A stretch of DNA of 63,604 nucleotides, filler included. It is 4 parts of 4 records of this genome, joined end to end, with 100 filler letters (N's around TTAATTAATTAA, not from the genome) between each part and the next. Parts side by side here need not be neighbours in the genome. Positions count along the whole stretch, not along the records: positions 1 to 28,661 come from SRR20825019_1382; positions 28,762 to 48,708 come from SRR20825019_1384; 2 more parts are not named here. One strand, written 5' to 3'. A program made the position numbers and the translations under genes. Positions within the stretch are counted from its first letter, which is position 1; every line of letters begins with the position of its first letter. Below the pieces are notes generated by a model. The model did not search any database. It saw only the letters and a program-made list of their open reading frames with translations, and was not told the origin of the DNA. This document shows, piece by piece, positions 24,816 through 35,050 of this stretch.

Positions 24816-25598
24816 TCAGTTCCTAAGCCCGGTACCTTTGTGAAGCAGGTAGAGAGCAAAGGCTGTCAGGCCGGCGATAAACAGCAGAATAATGCTGAAC
24901 GCGGCCACCACCGGGATATCTGATACCCCCAGCATGCCAAAGCGGAAAGCATTGACCATGTAGAGGATCGGGTTCAGCAGAGACACGTTCTGCCAGAACT
25001 CCGGCAGCAGACTGATGGAATAAAACACACCGCCGAGGTAGGTCAGCGGTGTCAGAATAAAGGTCGGGATGATCGAAATTTCATCAAAACTACGGGCATA
25101 GACCGCGTTGATAAAGCCGCCGATGGCAAACAAAATGGCGCTGAGTATAACCATGCTGATGGTGATGAAAATATGCTCAATCGGCAGCCGCGTAAAAAAC
25201 AGCGACACCAGGGTCACGATGATGCCGACACAAAGTCCGCGGGCGGTGCCGCCGGCCACATAACCGGCCAGAATCAGATAGTTAGGCACCGGTGCAACTA
25301 TCAGTTCCTCAACATGATTCTGAAACTTGGCACTGAAAAACGAGGAAGCGACATTGGCATAGGCATTATTGATCACCGCCATCATGATAATGCCGGGTAC
25401 GATGTATTCCATATAAGTGAAGCCACCCATTTCACCGATGCGGCTGCCAATCAGGTTGCCGAAAATGATGAAATACAACGTCATTGTGATGGCCGGCGGC
25501 AGAATAGTTTGCGGCCAGATTCTGAAAAAACGGCGTATTTCGCGGGTGACCAGTGTCGACAAGGCGACCCAATGACGTTGATGACGACTTTGGTTCAT
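24816..25598 (-). CDS. yadH: ABC-2 type permease (YadH-like)
   Basis: RFFRIWPQTILPP, NPILYMVNAFR. Confidence 0.88.
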   Translation of the reverse strand: MNQSRHQRHWVALSTLVTREIRRFFRIWPQTILPPAITMTLYFIIFGNLIGSRIGEMGGFTYMEYIVPGIIMMAVINNAYANVASSFFSAKFQNHVEELIVAPVPNYLILAGYVAGGTARGLCVGIIVTLVSLFFTRLPIEHIFITISMVILSAILFAIGGFINAVYARSFDEISIIPTFILTPLTYLGGVFYSISLLPEFWQNVSLLNPILYMVNAFRFGMLGVSDIPVVAAFSIILLFIAGLTAFALYLLHKGTGLRN

Positions 25599-26515
25599 GC
25601 GCTTTGCTCCGAAGTTTCAACCAGATTGAGGAACAATTCTTCCAGCCGGTTGGCTTTGTTTTTCATGCTGACGACTTCTACTGCATGCCGGCTCAACACT
25701 TCGAACACACTATTCAATGACTCGCCGCGGCTGATTTCGACTTCGATGGTGGTGTCATCCAGTCGCTCATAATCGAGGCCATCCAGCGTCTCATGAAGCA
25801 GTGGGTGCTTCAGGTCGAGAATAAAAGCTTCCTTATCCAGCCGGTTGAGCAGGCTTTTCATATCGGTGTTTTCGATAATCTCACCCTTGTCGATGATCGC
25901 GATATTACGGCACAGGCTTTCTGCCTCCTCCAGATAGTGGGTGGTCAGGATAATGGTCGTGCCCGCGGCATTAATTTTGCGAAGAAAGGTCCACATAGAA
26001 CGCCGCAATTCAATATCGACACCCGCTGTCGGTTCGTCGAGAATCAGCAGCCTGGGATTGTGAACCAGCGCCCGGGCAATCATCAGGCGGCGCTTCATAC
26101 CACCGGATAAAGAGCGGGAAGGCGAATGACGTTTTTCCCACAGGCCCAGCTGTTTGAGCAGTTCATCTGCGCGAGGTTCGGCTTCATGTGCCGGCATGCC
26201 GTAATAGCCGGCCTGGGTAATCAGGATATGCTTGACCTGTTCGAAACCGTTAAAGTTGAATTCCTGCGGTACCAGACCGATATAGCTTTTAGCCTGTTCA
26301 GGATCGTCGTCCAGATCAGTATCAAAGACTTTGACACTGCCGGCCGTTTTCGTCACCAGCGATGTCACAATGCCGATGGTGGTGGTTTTACCGGCCCCAT
26401 TGGGGCCCAGCAGGGCAAAGAAGTCGCCTTGCTGGATATCCAGGCTGACCGATTTCAGGGCCTGGAAACCGTTGCGGTAGGTTTTGCTCAGCTTGTTGAT
26501 GGATAAGGCTTTCAC
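25595..26515 (-). CDS. yadG: ABC transporter ATPase (YadG-like)
   Basis: GPNGAGKTT, LSGGMKRR, DEPTAGVD, NRLEELF. Confidence 0.9.
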   Translation of the reverse strand: MKALSINKLSKTYRNGFQALKSVSLDIQQGDFFALLGPNGAGKTTTIGIVTSLVTKTAGSVKVFDTDLDDDPEQAKSYIGLVPQEFNFNGFEQVKHILITQAGYYGMPAHEAEPRADELLKQLGLWEKRHSPSRSLSGGMKRRLMIARALVHNPRLLILDEPTAGVDIELRRSMWTFLRKINAAGTTIILTTHYLEEAESLCRNIAIIDKGEIIENTDMKSLLNRLDKEAFILDLKHPLLHETLDGLDYERLDDTTIEVEISRGESLNSVFEVLSRHAVEVVSMKNKANRLEELFLNLVETSEQSA

Positions 26516-26586
26516 AGCACCTCACAAGGACAGAATAAAGGAGGCTAGGTTACCATGACCAGGCTGCTGTTGAGAATTTGGAATAG

Positions 26587-27261
26587 ATGATGGAAGTGAG
26601 AAAAGCCCCTGAAACCGAAGCAGAATTGGTGGAGCGCTGCCGGTTGCTGGCCGGTAAAACACTGGGACAGGTGGCGGCGGAACTGGGGCTGAGCGTGCCT
26701 GATAATCTGCAGCGGCATAAAGGCTGGGTCGGACAGCTACTGGAATGCTATCTGGGGGCTGATGCTGGTAACCAGGCAGAGCCTGATTTCACCGGGCTGG
26801 GCATTGAACTGAAAACCCTGCCGCTCAACGCCCAGGGGCAGCCGAAAGAATCCACTTATGTCTGCACCGTCTCGCTGACTGAGTCGGGCCGTCTGCAGTG
26901 GCAAAACAGCTGGGTCAGGAGAAAGCTGGCGAAGGTATTATGGTTGCCGGTGGAAGCAGATTCAGCGATTCCTCTGAGCGAGCGTTATGTCGGATACGGC
27001 TGGATCTGGCAACCAAGCCCGGCGCAGGAGCAACAACTGCGGCGTGACTGGGAAGAGTTAATGGACCGGGTCGTGCTCGGTGAACAGGCTGATATCACGG
27101 CCAGAGAGGGCGAGTTTCTGCAAATCAGGCCAAAGGCGGCGCACAGCCGGGTTTTGGCTAAGTCGTGGTCGGAAACCGGCGAGAGTACCCAGGTTAATCC
27201 CAAGGGGTTTTATCTGCGTAGCAGCTTTACCCGGCAATTACTCGCGACACAGTTCAAATAA
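26587..27261 (+). CDS. mutH: DNA mismatch repair endonuclease MutH
   Basis: KGWVGQLLE, PDF..LGIELKT, LQIRPKAA. Confidence 0.93.
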   Translation: MMEVRKAPETEAELVERCRLLAGKTLGQVAAELGLSVPDNLQRHKGWVGQLLECYLGADAGNQAEPDFTGLGIELKTLPLNAQGQPKESTYVCTVSLTESGRLQWQNSWVRRKLAKVLWLPVEADSAIPLSERYVGYGWIWQPSPAQEQQLRRDWEELMDRVVLGEQADITAREGEFLQIRPKAAHSRVLAKSWSETGESTQVNPKGFYLRSSFTRQLLATQFK

Positions 27262-27295
27262 TGATAATGTTGCCAATTTAGTTGGTTCCCGATAC

Positions 27296-28636
27296 ATGGA
27301 CAGTATGGATAGCGATAGCAGTAAGGCAAATAGCATGTTAAATGCGCTGGTGATAGATAGTTCGAGTTATTTCAGTGAACAGTTGAGCGATTTATTGTCG
27401 TCTGCCGGTTTTGAGGTAGAGACTGCCCATTCTGGATACGATGGACTTGATAAGGCTGCTGCAGGACGTTACCGACTGGTCTGTTGTGCCGATAACCTGC
27501 AGGATTACGCCAGCAGTGAATTTTGTAGTCAGCTTCGTGCTATCAGTGGCTATGAATTTGCCACGTTGCTGGTACTGACGGAACAGGACAATGCCAAAAT
27601 CCTCAAGCAGGCGCTGCTGGCTGGCGCCACCGATATCTTCAGTAAGCATGACATCACCGAAATGGAAACCTATCTCACCCGGCTGAGCCAGCGTGAGTCA
27701 CGCCAGTTATCCGGGCGGGTGTTGTTTATCGAGGATTCCCGTGTTTTGCAGACCATCGTTATCGATCTGCTCACTGATATGGGCCTGGATGTGGATGCTT
27801 ATAACTATGCTGAGAGTGCATGGGAGGCGTTTCGCAACGGGGATTATGACCTGGTGATTACCGATATTATGCTGGAAGGCATTATGAGCGGTATTACGCT
27901 GGTCCGAAAAATCCGCCGGATGCAGAGCGAATACGGCAATGTCCCCATTATTGCAACTTCCGGTTTCGACAATATGTCACGCAAGATCGAATTGTTTCAT
28001 CTTGGTGTCAATGACTATGTCTCTAAACCGATTGTGCGTGAAGAACTGCGTCAGCGTGTGTTCAACCATATCACCAGTTACCAGACACTGAGAGAACTGC
28101 GCACCCAGCAACAGTCACTGTACAGCCTGGCGATGCTGGATGAGACCTCAGGCCTGTTCAACCGTCATGCATTGCGTGAGTTTGCAGGCAAATATTTCAG
28201 TGAGGCCTATCGCTTTGATCGCACGCTGTCACTGGCGGTGTTGGATATCGATCACATGAAGCAAATCAATGAAAATCACGGTTTTCAGCAAGGTGACCAA
28301 CTGTTGTCCGAACTGGGAGCCTGGCTCAAGCGACATGTCCGTGATGTCGATATGATTGCCCGTTGGGCCGGCGATGAGATGGTCTTTATTCTGCCCGGCT
28401 GTGATCTGGCCTCGGCTAATGGTTTGATGGATCGCATGCTGGATCGCCTGCGTAAATTTAAACCTGCTGGTCTGGAGACAACTGTCACGGTGAGTGTCGG
28501 GATTGCTGAGTTGTCCAAGGATAACAACGACACCCTCAACAGCCTGTTTGAGCGGGCGGATAAAGCCATGTACCAGGCCAAGATGGCAGGTAGAGATTGT
28601 GTCGTGACCTATCAGGAAGAAAGCGAAACGGCCTAG
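27296..28636 (+). CDS. REC-REC-GGDEF protein (PleD-like diguanylate cyclase with AGDEM motif)
   Basis: Two receiver domains, D..SGLFNR, DID..K.IN, RDVD I-site, RWAGDEM; start at 27296 or 27335. Confidence 0.88.
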   Translation: MDSMDSDSSKANSMLNALVIDSSSYFSEQLSDLLSSAGFEVETAHSGYDGLDKAAAGRYRLVCCADNLQDYASSEFCSQLRAISGYEFATLLVLTEQDNAKILKQALLAGATDIFSKHDITEMETYLTRLSQRESRQLSGRVLFIEDSRVLQTIVIDLLTDMGLDVDAYNYAESAWEAFRNGDYDLVITDIMLEGIMSGITLVRKIRRMQSEYGNVPIIATSGFDNMSRKIELFHLGVNDYVSKPIVREELRQRVFNHITSYQTLRELRTQQQSLYSLAMLDETSGLFNRHALREFAGKYFSEAYRFDRTLSLAVLDIDHMKQINENHGFQQGDQLLSELGAWLKRHVRDVDMIARWAGDEMVFILPGCDLASANGLMDRMLDRLRKFKPAGLETTVTVSVGIAELSKDNNDTLNSLFERADKAMYQAKMAGRDCVVTYQEESETA

Positions 28637-28803
28637 GGCTTGTTGATCTTTCATCTCCGCCNNNNNNNNNNNNNNNNNNNNNNNNNNNNNNNNNNNNNNN
28701 NNNNNTTAATTAATTAANNNNNNNNNNNNNNNNNNNNNNNNNNNNNNNNNNNNNNNNNNNNATAGCCTCCAGCAGTGGTGGATATGAAAGAGCAACAGGC
28801 CCT
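28635..28803. mobile_element. Terminal inverted repeats of a putative MITE/ERIC-like element on both sides of the contig gap
   Basis: 28635-28661 AGGGCTTGTTGATCTTTCATCTCCGCC matches the reverse complement of 28777-28803 at 23/27 nt. Confidence 0.55.
28662..28761. other. Artificial contig linker
   Basis: N-runs flanking TTAATTAATTAA (stops in all frames). Confidence 0.99.
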
Positions 28804-28815
28804 GGCTTCCTGGGG

Positions 28816-29160
28816 TCAGAGAATGCCGTGATCATCGCCCATCAGATTATCAAGATCACTGAGATGGCCACGGATTTTTTCCCGATTGGCCAGTTTCTCT
28901 CGAGCCGCAGCAGGCAGGTCAGTAAATAAAATGACCTCTCTGTCTATCAGCGTATTGATTAGGTCTTCCAGTACCCTCACCAGGGCCATATCAGAAACGG
29001 TAAGTGCAGCGCGGGCGGCTTCCGCATCCGCATTGTCTGATTGAGTCAGAAAAGCGATAAGTTCTGCTGATTCAATCGATAGATACTCTTCCGCACCGGA
29101 TTCAGGTGAATCAAAGACCGCGATGATTTTTCCCTGCTCATCTCGTTTTACATAGGCCAT
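28816..29160 (-). CDS. Conserved hypothetical protein divergent from the T1SS operon ('tryptophan synthase beta-like' label family)
   Basis: MAYVKRD..., SD..LVRVLEDLI..LI....I.FTDLP.AA..KL pattern; RBS-like GGAG. Confidence 0.65.
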   Translation of the reverse strand: MAYVKRDEQGKIIAVFDSPESGAEEYLSIESAELIAFLTQSDNADAEAARAALTVSDMALVRVLEDLINTLIDREVILFTDLPAAAREKLANREKIRGHLSDLDNLMGDDHGIL

Positions 29161-29274
29161 GGTGTCTGCTCCGGCTGTTGCTTGAAAGGCTGAAATTTAA
29201 TGTATAGTGGGCTTTACAGTAAAACAAAAAACTGTGAAACTCATCAAATTATTTAGATCCCAGCTAAGAAACAG

Positions 29275-31455
29275 ATGAACACGGAGCAAATCATCGACGT
29301 GAATAAGCAAGCGCAATGGGAGGCACAGGAAAGCCACCGCAGTTTTGACGATCCATTGCTGGGATGTTTGACCATACTTTCCAAACTTCTCAGTAAACCC
29401 CATAGTCCCGAGTCACTGACAGCAGGCCTGCCGCTGGTTGATAACAAGCTTTCGCCGGGACTGTTCTCTCGTGCTGCCGAGCGAGCTGGGCTCTCCTCGA
29501 AAGTGGTCAAACGGCCACTGAGTAAAATTTCCAACCTGGTCTTGCCGGCGGTACTGATTCTGGAAGGTAGCAATGCCTGCATCCTGCTGGAAATTAAAGG
29601 TAAGCAGGCGCGGGTGATTTTTCCGGAAACGGGCGAAGGGGAGTCTGAACTCAGCGTCAAGGAACTGGAAGACGCCTACACCGGCTATGCTATTTTTATC
29701 AAACCGGTTCATCACTTCGATAAGCGCACCGAATTTACTTCCATACCACGTGCCTCGCACTGGTTCTGGGGCACGATCATGCGCTTCTGGCCTATCTATA
29801 GTGAAGTGTTCATCGCCTCTATTCTGGTGAACAGTTTTGCCTTGGCTTCACCCTTATTCATCATGAATGTCTATGACAGGGTCGTTCCCAATCATGCGAC
29901 AGAAACACTGTGGGTGCTGGCGATCGGTGTTGCCACCGTTTTTGTGTTTGAGCTGCTGCTGCGAACGTTGAGGGCTTACTTTATCGATATGGCCGGTAAA
30001 CGCGCTGATGTCATGCTGTCCTCGACGATTTTTGAAAAAGTGATGGCAGTCAAAATGGCCGCGCGCTCCAACTCGGTGGGTTCGTTTGCCAACAGCATGC
30101 AGGAGTTCGAATCATTCCGTGACTTCTTCACTTCGGCGACGCTAACCACGCTAATTGATTTACCGTTTGCCTTCCTGTTTATCTCTGTTATATGGATGAT
30201 CGCCGGTCCTGTAGCCTATATTCCACTGGCAGTGATACCACTGACCATTCTGGTCAGTTTGATTATTCAAATTCCGCTGGGTCGGACCGTACAACATCTT
30301 TTCAGACATTCAGGCCAGCGCAGTTCCACTTTGATTGAGACGCTGACCGGGCTTGAAACTATCAAGAGTCTCGGTGCTGAAACGCCAATCCAACGCAAAT
30401 GGGAACAGACCGTCGGCTTTATGACCAAGTATAGTCAGCGTGCCCGTTTGCTGTCGTCCAGTGCCGTCAACTTCACCTCTTTTCTACAACAGATGGCGAC
30501 CATCGCTGTGGTGGTTTACGGTGTTTACCTGATTACTGAGAACGAAATCACGATGGGTGCGCTGATTGCCGCTACTATCCTGACCGGTCGTGCGTTGGCG
30601 CCAATGGCTCAACTGGCGGGGATTCTGACCCGTTATCATCAATCCAAAGCTGCTTTGCAGTCTCTGAACTCGCTGATGAACCTGCCGGTGGAGCGGCCTT
30701 CCGGCCGTGAGTTCCTGCACCGGCCTGAGTTCAAAGGCGGTGTCGAATTTAAAAAAGTCACTTTCCGTTATCCCAATCAGCCGATGGACGCTTTATCGGA
30801 AATCTCTTTTACGGTGAAGCCTGGTGAAAAAGTGGCCTTTATTGGTCGTATCGGCTCGGGCAAGAGCACGATAGAAAAACTCATCCTAGGGTTATATGAA
30901 CCCGATGACGGCGCCATATTGCTGGATGGTACGGATATTCGTCAGGTTGATCCGGTCGATTTGCGTCGTAATGTCGGCTATGCCCCACAGGATGTAGTGC
31001 TGTTCTTCGGCAGCATCCGTGACAATATTACAATGGCTGCCCCGTTTGCCGATGATGCTGCGGTGTTAAAAGCGGCTGATGTGGCTGGCGTTACCGAGTT
31101 TGTAAACCGCCATCCTTCCGGTTTTGATATGCCTGTCGGGGAGCGCGGGGAAGGATTGTCTGGTGGTCAGAGGTAGAGTGTCGCAGTAGCGCGGGCATTA
31201 CTGATGGATCCAGCGGTCGTAGTACTGGATGAGCCGACCAATGCCATGGATAACAGCACAGAGGAACGTTTCAAGGCTAAACTCTCGGAGGAGTTGGAAG
31301 ATAAAACCTTATTGCTGGTAACGCATAAAGCTTCCCTGCTGAGCTTGGTAGATAGAATCATTGTGATGGATCAGGGACATCTGGTGGCAGATGGACCACG
31401 TGATCAAATTCTGGCGGCACTGAAGAAAGGCCATATTAAGGTTTCGAAAGGATAA
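29275..31455 (+). pseudogene. Type I secretion ABC transporter (LapB/LssB family) interrupted by an in-frame TAG at 31174-31176
   Basis: C39-like domain, TM domain, Walker A GRIGSGKST, then LSGGQR*SVAVARALL continuing in frame to VLDEPT and VTH. Confidence 0.88.
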
Positions 31456-31459
31456 TCGC

Positions 31460-32791
31460 ATGGCCTGGTTCAAACGCACAAACCCCGAAGATATTGAGTT
31501 CATGTCGGAAGTCAGCGCGGCGACGATGGAAAGTTCGCCCCGTACCGGCCATTCATTGCTGCTCCTGACCGCTTTGTTTTTTATTTGTGCCATCTGGTGG
31601 GCAAGTCAGACCGAACTGGATGAAGTCACCCGTGGCGAAGGCAAGGTTATTCCGTCGAGCAAAATCCAGATAGTACAAAATCTGGAGGGCGGGATTCTGG
31701 CTGACATACTCGTCTCAGAGGGGGAAATAGTCGATAAAGGGGATGTACTGGTCAAAATTGACGATACCCGCTTCACCTCCACATTCCAGGAAACCAAACT
31801 CAAGTATTGGGAATTGCTGGCCAGGGCCGCAAGGTTAAGGGCTGAAGCGGCAGGTGAGGAATTGCAGCTGCCGCCGGAACTGGTGGAAGAAAGGCCTGCA
31901 CTGGCAGCGGCTGAGCGACGTTTATACGAGGCCCGTCAGCGTGAACTGCAGAGTAATATTGACGTATTAGAGCAGCAAGCGCGTCAGCGTCAGCAGGAAC
32001 TGGCCGAAAACCAGGCCAAGTTGAATAAGTTGACCACTAGTTATGAGCTCAGCAAGCAGGAGCTGGAAATGTCGGAGCCACTGGTGTCAGTCGGCGTGAT
32101 TTCCGAAGTCGAAGTGCTGCGTCTCAAACGTACGGTCAATGACCTGCGGGGGGAGATGGAAACAACCAGACTGGCGATCCCCCGTATCCGTTCCAGTCTG
32201 TCAGAAGTCAGACAGAAAATGGAAGACGTCAAAGTGCGTTTCCAGTCTGAGTCTTCCTCACAGTTGAGTGAAGTTCAGGCCGAGCTGAGCAGAACCGAAA
32301 CCACGATCACTTCCGCAGAAGACCGTGTCAGCCGCACCCAAGTGAGAGCGCCGGTAAGGGGTAAGATCAATCGTCTGATGATTAACACCGTGGGCGGGAT
32401 TATTCAGCCGGGGGCCGACATTGTTGAAATCGTACCGCTGGATGACAGTCTGCTAATCGAAGCCCATATCCGACCAGCGGATATTGCTTTTCTGCGGCCA
32501 GGCCAGAAGGCGATGATTAAGTTTACCGCTTATGACTTTTCAATCTATGGTGGTTTGCCGGCAACGCTGGAGCGGATAAGCGCCGATACGATTACCAACG
32601 AAGAAGATGAAAGTTTTTACCTGATTTATTTACGTACGGAAAAGAACTATATTGACAGTAGCAAGGGTCAGCTGGAAATCATTCCAGGGATGACCGTGAC
32701 GGTCGATATTCTTACAGGCAAGAAAACAGTATTGGATTATTTGCTGAAGCCAATACTGAAGGCCAAAAATGAGGCGCTCCGTGAGCGTTGA
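31460..32791 (+). CDS. HlyD-family T1SS membrane fusion protein
   Basis: GEGKVIPS, LEGG, PGMT..VDILTGKKTVLDYLLKP, ends ALRER. Confidence 0.95.
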   Translation: MAWFKRTNPEDIEFMSEVSAATMESSPRTGHSLLLLTALFFICAIWWASQTELDEVTRGEGKVIPSSKIQIVQNLEGGILADILVSEGEIVDKGDVLVKIDDTRFTSTFQETKLKYWELLARAARLRAEAAGEELQLPPELVEERPALAAAERRLYEARQRELQSNIDVLEQQARQRQQELAENQAKLNKLTTSYELSKQELEMSEPLVSVGVISEVEVLRLKRTVNDLRGEMETTRLAIPRIRSSLSEVRQKMEDVKVRFQSESSSQLSEVQAELSRTETTITSAEDRVSRTQVRAPVRGKINRLMINTVGGIIQPGADIVEIVPLDDSLLIEAHIRPADIAFLRPGQKAMIKFTAYDFSIYGGLPATLERISADTITNEEDESFYLIYLRTEKNYIDSSKGQLEIIPGMTVTVDILTGKKTVLDYLLKPILKAKNEALRER

Positions 32792-33459
32792 TGGACGGAA
32801 TCATCACAATGAATGAGACAACCATGATACAGACCCGCCTGTTTGCCGTGATACCTGAAAAAAGTAGGCTGAAAGCAATCAAGCAGGCACTGCCGGAAGT
32901 TTACGACTTTAACGATTTTGATGATCTGGATGCCATGCAGCTTGCTGCAGCCGATGATGCACCCCGCATTATCCTGTGTCATCAATCCTTATTTGAAGGT
33001 GACTATAATCATCAACTGGCGTCGTTGACACAGCAGTGTGGCACTAGCCGGGTACTTATCATCGGGCCGCCGCGGCCCATGGCAATTCAGATTGCTGCGC
33101 TGAAGCAGGGGGCTCGGGGTTATTTTAATGATGATTTACCCCTGGAAAAGCTGCATGATGCCATGCAGTTGATTCTGAATGGTGAGGTGTGGGTGGAGCG
33201 TCATGTTATTTCCGGTCTCATTGATGAACTGACACATAAACCGCAAATTAGTGACGCGCAGCGTCAGGCCTTGGAAACACTGTCTCCGAAGGAGTTGGAG
33301 GTGGCGAAACAAGTCAGCCACGGTGCCACTAATAAAATGATCGCCAGGCAAATGAACATTACAGAACGCACGGTGAAAGCACATTTGACGACCATATTTC
33401 AGAAAATGAATTTGCCCGATCGTTTGTCCCTTGCAATATTATTTCGGGATCTGCGTTAA
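32791..33459 (+). CDS. LuxR-family regulator with degenerate receiver domain
   Basis: C-terminal HTH (NKMIA..MNITERTVKAHLT); no canonical phospho-Asp seen; start 32791 or 32809. Confidence 0.85.
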   Translation: MDGIITMNETTMIQTRLFAVIPEKSRLKAIKQALPEVYDFNDFDDLDAMQLAAADDAPRIILCHQSLFEGDYNHQLASLTQQCGTSRVLIIGPPRPMAIQIAALKQGARGYFNDDLPLEKLHDAMQLILNGEVWVERHVISGLIDELTHKPQISDAQRQALETLSPKELEVAKQVSHGATNKMIARQMNITERTVKAHLTTIFQKMNLPDRLSLAILFRDLR

Positions 33460-33592
33460 GGATTCTGTTGCGGGACAGCTTCTGTTGTAATACAGTTGCT
33501 TATGAGTACAACTTAAAACAATTTTGGACGTTTTATTTTGTGATGCCTGAGGGGCCGCCGAAAGCATCACACCTACAGATAGGATCAGCATT

Positions 33593-34909
33593 ATGAAATC
33601 ATTAGCTATCGTCATCCCCTTATGCATCTCGGTTGGCATTGCTAACGCCGACACGCTGCAAGAAGCAGTGGATGCAACGGTAAAAACCAACCCTGATGTT
33701 CTCGCGGCCACTCATGAACGTCAGGCAGTTTCGAAAGAAATCGATCAAGCCCGAGCGGGGTACTACCCCACATTGGATCTCGCAGTCGGTACCGGTTGGG
33801 AAATGACCGACAATCCAAGTACGCGGGCTTCCGGCAAAGGTGAAGTCCACCTTAACCGCGATGAAGCCAGTCTTAACCTCAGACAGATGCTGTTTGACGG
33901 TTTTGAGACCAGTAATGAAGTCGACCGGCAACAGGCCAGAACCAATTCCCGAGCTTTCGGTGTTTACAGCTCAGCTGAAAATACCGGTCTGGAAGCCGTT
34001 GAAGCTTATCTCAATGTACTGCGTCGCCAGAAACTGGTTGAGCTAGCACAGACTAATCTGGAAGCGCATCAGCGTACGCATGATCAAATCATGTTGCGGG
34101 CGGAGCGCGGTGTCGGCCGCAGAGCCGATATGGATCAGAGTCTGGGTCGTCTGGCTTTGGCCGAAGCGAATCTGCAATCAGAGCAAAGTAATCTGAGAGA
34201 CGCTGAAACCGCTTATCTGCGTGTGGTGGGTATGCCCCCATCATCTCTGAGCAAGCCGGATTCACCAATTACCATGATTCCGGCCAGTATCGATGAAGCC
34301 ATTTCGGTGGCGATTGAAAATCATCCGACCCTGCGACTGGCTACCTACGATGTTGAATCCGCTCAGGAACAGCACGCTACAGCGAAAGCACCTTTCTATC
34401 CTGACCTGCATCTTGAACTCGGCACCCGTGCTGATCATGATATCGATGGACAAGAAGGCAAGGACAAAGACATCACTGCGATGCTGCGCCTGCGCTATAA
34501 CCTATACAACGGTGGTCGTGACAGTGCCCGTCGTGAAGAAACGGCATTTCTGATTAATCAGGCAGCGGAAATCCGTAATAATACACACCGTCAGGTTGAA
34601 GAGAGTGTTCGCTTGTCCTGGAATGCCTGGCAAACACTGAGAGCGCAGATGCCGGCCCGTGAGCAGCACGTGCAGTCGAGTGAAAAAGCCCGTGATGCCT
34701 ACCAGCAACAATTCAGCCTCGGTCAGCGGACTTTGCTTGATTTGCTGGATTCTGAAAACGAAGTTTTCAGAGCCCGTACCGCACTGGTCAATACCCAATA
34801 TGATGAAATGTATGCGATGTATCGCATTCTCAACAGCATGGGTATGCTGCTGCAAGGTCTGGATGTAGAAATCCCGGAAGCTGCGACCACCGTCGCCGCC
34901 AATCAATAA
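33593..34909 (+). CDS. TolC-family T1SS outer membrane protein (AggA/LapE-like)
   Basis: Signal peptide, GYYPTLDL, LRQMLFDGF, QFSLGQRTLLDLLDSENE. Confidence 0.93.
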   Translation: MKSLAIVIPLCISVGIANADTLQEAVDATVKTNPDVLAATHERQAVSKEIDQARAGYYPTLDLAVGTGWEMTDNPSTRASGKGEVHLNRDEASLNLRQMLFDGFETSNEVDRQQARTNSRAFGVYSSAENTGLEAVEAYLNVLRRQKLVELAQTNLEAHQRTHDQIMLRAERGVGRRADMDQSLGRLALAEANLQSEQSNLRDAETAYLRVVGMPPSSLSKPDSPITMIPASIDEAISVAIENHPTLRLATYDVESAQEQHATAKAPFYPDLHLELGTRADHDIDGQEGKDKDITAMLRLRYNLYNGGRDSARREETAFLINQAAEIRNNTHRQVEESVRLSWNAWQTLRAQMPAREQHVQSSEKARDAYQQQFSLGQRTLLDLLDSENEVFRARTALVNTQYDEMYAMYRILNSMGMLLQGLDVEIPEAATTVAANQ

Positions 34910-34932
34910 CACCGGCAGATTTTCTCAAAGAT

Positions 34933-34964
34933 AAGCCACGACAGTTTTGTCGTGGCTTTTTTTT
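34933..34964 (+). terminator. Intrinsic terminator
   Basis: AAGCCACGACA/TGTCGTGGCTT plus T-run. Confidence 0.85.
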
Positions 34965-35050
34965 AATGACGTGAGAACTGGTTTTTTTCTGGTTTGGAAA
35001 CGTTCGTGCTATCATACGATGCCCTATTGGCGGGTTATTTAAGAGAGTTC

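Noticed and set aside
27080-27295. N-terminal extensions in the ORF track (GGDEF protein; likewise aroC, fabA, ybfF, MazG-like, ydfG)
   Set aside because: They overlap neighbouring genes or lack an RBS; downstream ATGs fit the family starts better.
31174-31176. Amber recoding (pyrrolysine or TAG>Gln genetic code)
   Set aside because: fabA, dusA and the GGDEF gene end normally in TAG, and no pyl or suppressor genes are seen.
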